This document shows positions 60,769 to 64,000 of a DNA stretch of 64,000 bases, in pieces (position 1 is the first letter of the stretch; each line of letters opens with the position of its first letter). Under the pieces are notes generated by a model. The model saw nothing but the letters and a program-made list of their open reading frames with translations. It was not told the origin of the DNA and did no database searches. Position numbers and translations under genes: made by a program. The stretch comes from Basidiobolus meristosporus CBS 931.73 (lineage: Eukaryota; Fungi; Basidiobolomycota), in contig MCFE01000053.1 in NCBI GenBank assembly GCA_002104905.1, positions 1-64,000 of the forward strand. The letters are read 5' to 3'.

Positions 60769-61699
60769 TTGTCTACCTATGATGTTGATTGCTCTATACC
60801 ATTAATCTGCTCATCCTGTTTCTGGACTATCTCCCAATGTCTCTGGGCAATTGCATCTATCCTATCAGCCACTGCACCTAGTTGCCTCCTTAATGCTTTG
60901 GTATAAGCTGACAACAACTCGATAATATGGGTGGTGGTCTTCAACTGAAGGTACTTGTTTTGCTACATTCTCATCTGCCTTGGCATTGTGGTCAGCTTGC
61001 AGCTCCACAGAGACTCCCAATTACCTACCTGACTGAGAGCCTGAGGTGTCTGCATTATTACCCTCAGTGGGCACACTGTCCACAAGGCCTTTTTTGGTTC
61101 TAGCCCTGCTTGTTGCACTAAATGGCAAAGCAAGCTGTGGTCCAACCATTTGTCTGCTGCTGTCAGTAGGGGGATTTGCTTGGGAATCAGACAACTTTGC
61201 TTTATTTTTTGGTGGCATATATATGAAAGTGAGACAAACCCAAGGAGAAATGGTGTGTCATACACATGTGTATTGGGTGTCACGACTTTATTTATAATGT
61301 TTACTATGGCAGGTCATCATTGAATCTTACATTTATGTAGGCACAATGTCTCAAGTACAAGGCTGTCTTAAATTCACATGAGTATTGACAGAAAAATGAT
61401 GTAATAGCATTATGTTGTGGAGTGTCAAACTGTTTGCCCCATGGACAAGACTACTTTGATGCAACATTGTAAGAGAAGAGAAAAAAGACCATGTGGCAAT
61501 TGTAATAAGCCTCTCAGCCATGAACCACATAGAAAGTAAAGGAAATATTACAAGCATCACACACAGCATTTTACCACACAAGTCATATTTGACCATTCAT
61601 CAGTTACTACTGTACCAACAGTATCTTGCAACACACTTGATACTTCTATAATAGCACCCAGCTGTACTTGTCATTTTGCTCAAGCTGAGTCAGGTGAGC

Positions 61700-63760
61700 T
61701 TTTGACAACTTTAGGCTCACACCAGCCATTGGAATATGGTATGCAAAGTGATAGCTATGAAGTAGCAGGCTTCCTGATGGATTGTGAGCCTATCTCTCCT
61801 TACAATAGTACCTTGCATAAGCATGGCAAAGTTGCATTATGCTTTGAGACAACACTGGTAGAAGTAAATGCCAAGAATACTTTATGGAGTCAAGTGAGCC
61901 CAGTAATCCATCTGCTGGTGAATGCTGTGATGTGGTGGCCAGAGAAGTGGCACATTTTGGCTAATATCAGTAATGGGGGCTTTGAGGATTTGCTACTGCT
62001 TCTTGCCTCAGTCATCCCAGGATGCAACTTACCATGTACATGGTATAAATAGACAACTGGCATGCAGCTGGCAACATATGACCCAGAGACCAACCTGATA
62101 CATGCATGTATTACAGTTGCATGACATTCTCATCAAAAAATACCACCATCTCAAGGTGTCCAATTTGTCAGGAATCCACTACCATTGGGGGAAAACAATG
62201 TTCACACTCTAGATATATTCTGGTAATACCCTGCATAAAGAGGCTTATCCAGTCCAATAAGTATTGTGAAGCTATAAAGTACTGCACTCAGTATCAAGCA
62301 AGTGCTAACACATCCCATATATTTGATTGCAAACATTACAAGCAGCTTACAAGCATTGGCTACTTTGAAGGTATGTATGACCTTGCCTTTGCCTTGGCAC
62401 TTGATAGATTCTCATCAAACAAGTTCTCTACCAGCAAATCCTGCTTGCCACTAGTTATCATCAACCTGAATCTGTCACCTATCTCAAGGTATCAGAGCAG
62501 AAATTTGATGGTAGTCTCACTGGTATCAGGACCTATATCACCATCCAACCTTGACAGCTACCTGTCTCCCTTGCCGGATGAAAGTTGCATACTTTTCAGC
62601 AGGATAACAGTAAGTGGCCATCATGTCAAAGCACATATTGTATCTGCATTGGAGATACCCCAGCCATTGGCAAGATAGCCAGCTTTGCTAGGCACAATGG
62701 AAAGTGTTGCTGTCAATATGTAAGATCAAGAAGACTTACTCCTCAACTCACACACATTATTATCACCCCAACACCAACACTAAGGTCATCATCTTCCTCC
62801 AGAGAGAACATACAGAAGTAAGCATGCAATTGCAGCAAAGTTGGCAAGCTTAAGCCATTGGCTGGAATATGGAATTAATCAGAGACCAGAGATACTTAAG
62901 ATTGAGGGTATCTGTTGGAGCAAAAGCTTTCCACTGGGAGCAATGCATTTGCTTTTCAACAATATCCCTATACTGATGACCAGGTTGTATATGAGGCATT
63001 CCAAGCTAAATGAGCCCTCTGAGATAGAGGAAAAAATTGAAAGAATTGGCAAGATATTACAGAGTATCTCCTACCATAAGTACTTCTCATAGGCTTCAAT
63101 CAACATTCATATGCATATGCTGCAGTACAAGTGGAAGGACCAGATGAACTGAATATGTACTTATGCAAGTGGCCTTCTGAAGCCATTTTTACCAAGGGTA
63201 TATTGGAAGCATTGGGAGTAATATGTGGACATTGTAGGAATATTTATCCAGAAGCTGATCACCAATGCAAACTTGCTGCTTCTACAGCGTTTGTGCAAAG
63301 AGTTTGTAATGAGATTTGAGCAGCTATACCACAAATATAAATCTGAAGACATAGATCTCTACCACTACTGTATCCATTTTCTACTCCATCTTACCTGGTG
63401 TGTGCAGAATATTAGGCATTGCTTCACCTTTTGGGGGTTTCCTATGGAGTGGATATGTGGGGATATAGGAAGACAAGTCAAGTTGCAGGTACTGCTCTAT
63501 CCTAGTCTCATTAGGTATAATACCTTCAAGTCCATCATGGATATGATGAGTTGGCACATGGATGACAGCAAGGAAGAGTTGGAAAAAACTGAAGTCAGAT
63601 GTGCACATAAAAACACCTATGCTGATGGCATTAAGAAGCTAAGCAGCCCCCATGCAAGGGTAATCAGTGTTGTGCATCAAAACCTAAAACTTAGCAAATT
63701 TCACTCCATTAGAAAATCTAGTACCCCAACTGCTTTTCCCAAGCCCACACATAAGTAATC
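61700..63760 (+). pseudogene. Transposase_21 (CACTA-type) pseudogene
   Basis: HIFDCKHY...DLAFALALD, IINLNLSPISRY, GPISPSNLDSYLSPL, GDTPAIGK...HNGKCCC, AMHLLFNN, HFLLHL...WGFPME, spread over frameshifts and stops. Confidence 0.8.
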
Positions 63761-64000
63761 CTTGTTATGGTCTATTTTATCACTTCTCAGAATATTTTTT
63801 TAGCTGTCACTCTTCATCAATATTTGTGTGGTGTCTATGTCCTCAACTGACCTGCTAAGCCTTTCCAAGTGATTAGACTTCTGAGATCTATCCTACCACT
63901 TTGCAGTTGCCAAGACATCAGCTGATTAATGACACTATGGTGGTGTATAGGTCCAAGGGAGAGATATGTCCAACACTTCTCAAGTGTTTTGTGTGTGGGG

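Larger units (their letters stand above)
53700..63900. mobile_element. Decayed CACTA/En-Spm-type DNA transposon (ends not identified), split by element 2
   Basis: Plus-strand transposase relic at ~61.7-63.8 kb and a divergent stop-ridden minus-strand ORF from 61218 (MPPKNKAK) that appears to continue on the other side of the LTR element towards ~53.9 kb. Confidence 0.6.

Noticed and set aside
51815-64000. Classical Neurospora-type RIP
   Set aside because: CpA and TpG are abundant rather than depleted, and the LTR differences are mostly at CpG.

Overview
Eukaryotic genomic DNA from a fungus, very probably a non-Dikarya (early-diverging) lineage. Evidence: short GT-AG introns, a Zn2Cys6 factor, fungal-type histone H3, plus methylmalonyl-CoA mutase and an AP-4-like sigma subunit, which yeasts and filamentous ascomycetes lack. 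A Basidiobolus-like/Zoopagomycota or Mucoromycota identity is only my inference. Positions 1-51.8 kb are gene-dense with normal CpG content (about 23 genes; two, an IRC21-like cytochrome b5 protein and MPC1 with a 4-nt micro-exon, had to be built by hand because the ORF track misses or fragments them). This stretch is interrupted by one very recent Ty3/Gypsy element (4758-10135). Positions ~51.8-64 kb are a nested transposon block almost devoid of CpG: Copia and Gypsy relics and a decayed CACTA-type element, into which a near-intact sushi/Tf1-type chromovirus (54867-60768) has inserted. Strongest leads: (1) transposon-restricted CpG erasure that appears to spare CCG/CGG contexts and is still acting, next to a young element with a CpG-free coding body and CpG-rich LTRs; (2) a secreted, Kex2-site-containing resilin-like protein; (3) histone H3 head-to-head with a stand-alone SET gene; (4) self-priming and a PEG10-like -1 frameshift signal in the chromovirus; (5) an isocitrate lyase with a prion-like tail. 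All counts are by eye and approximate; no searches were run.
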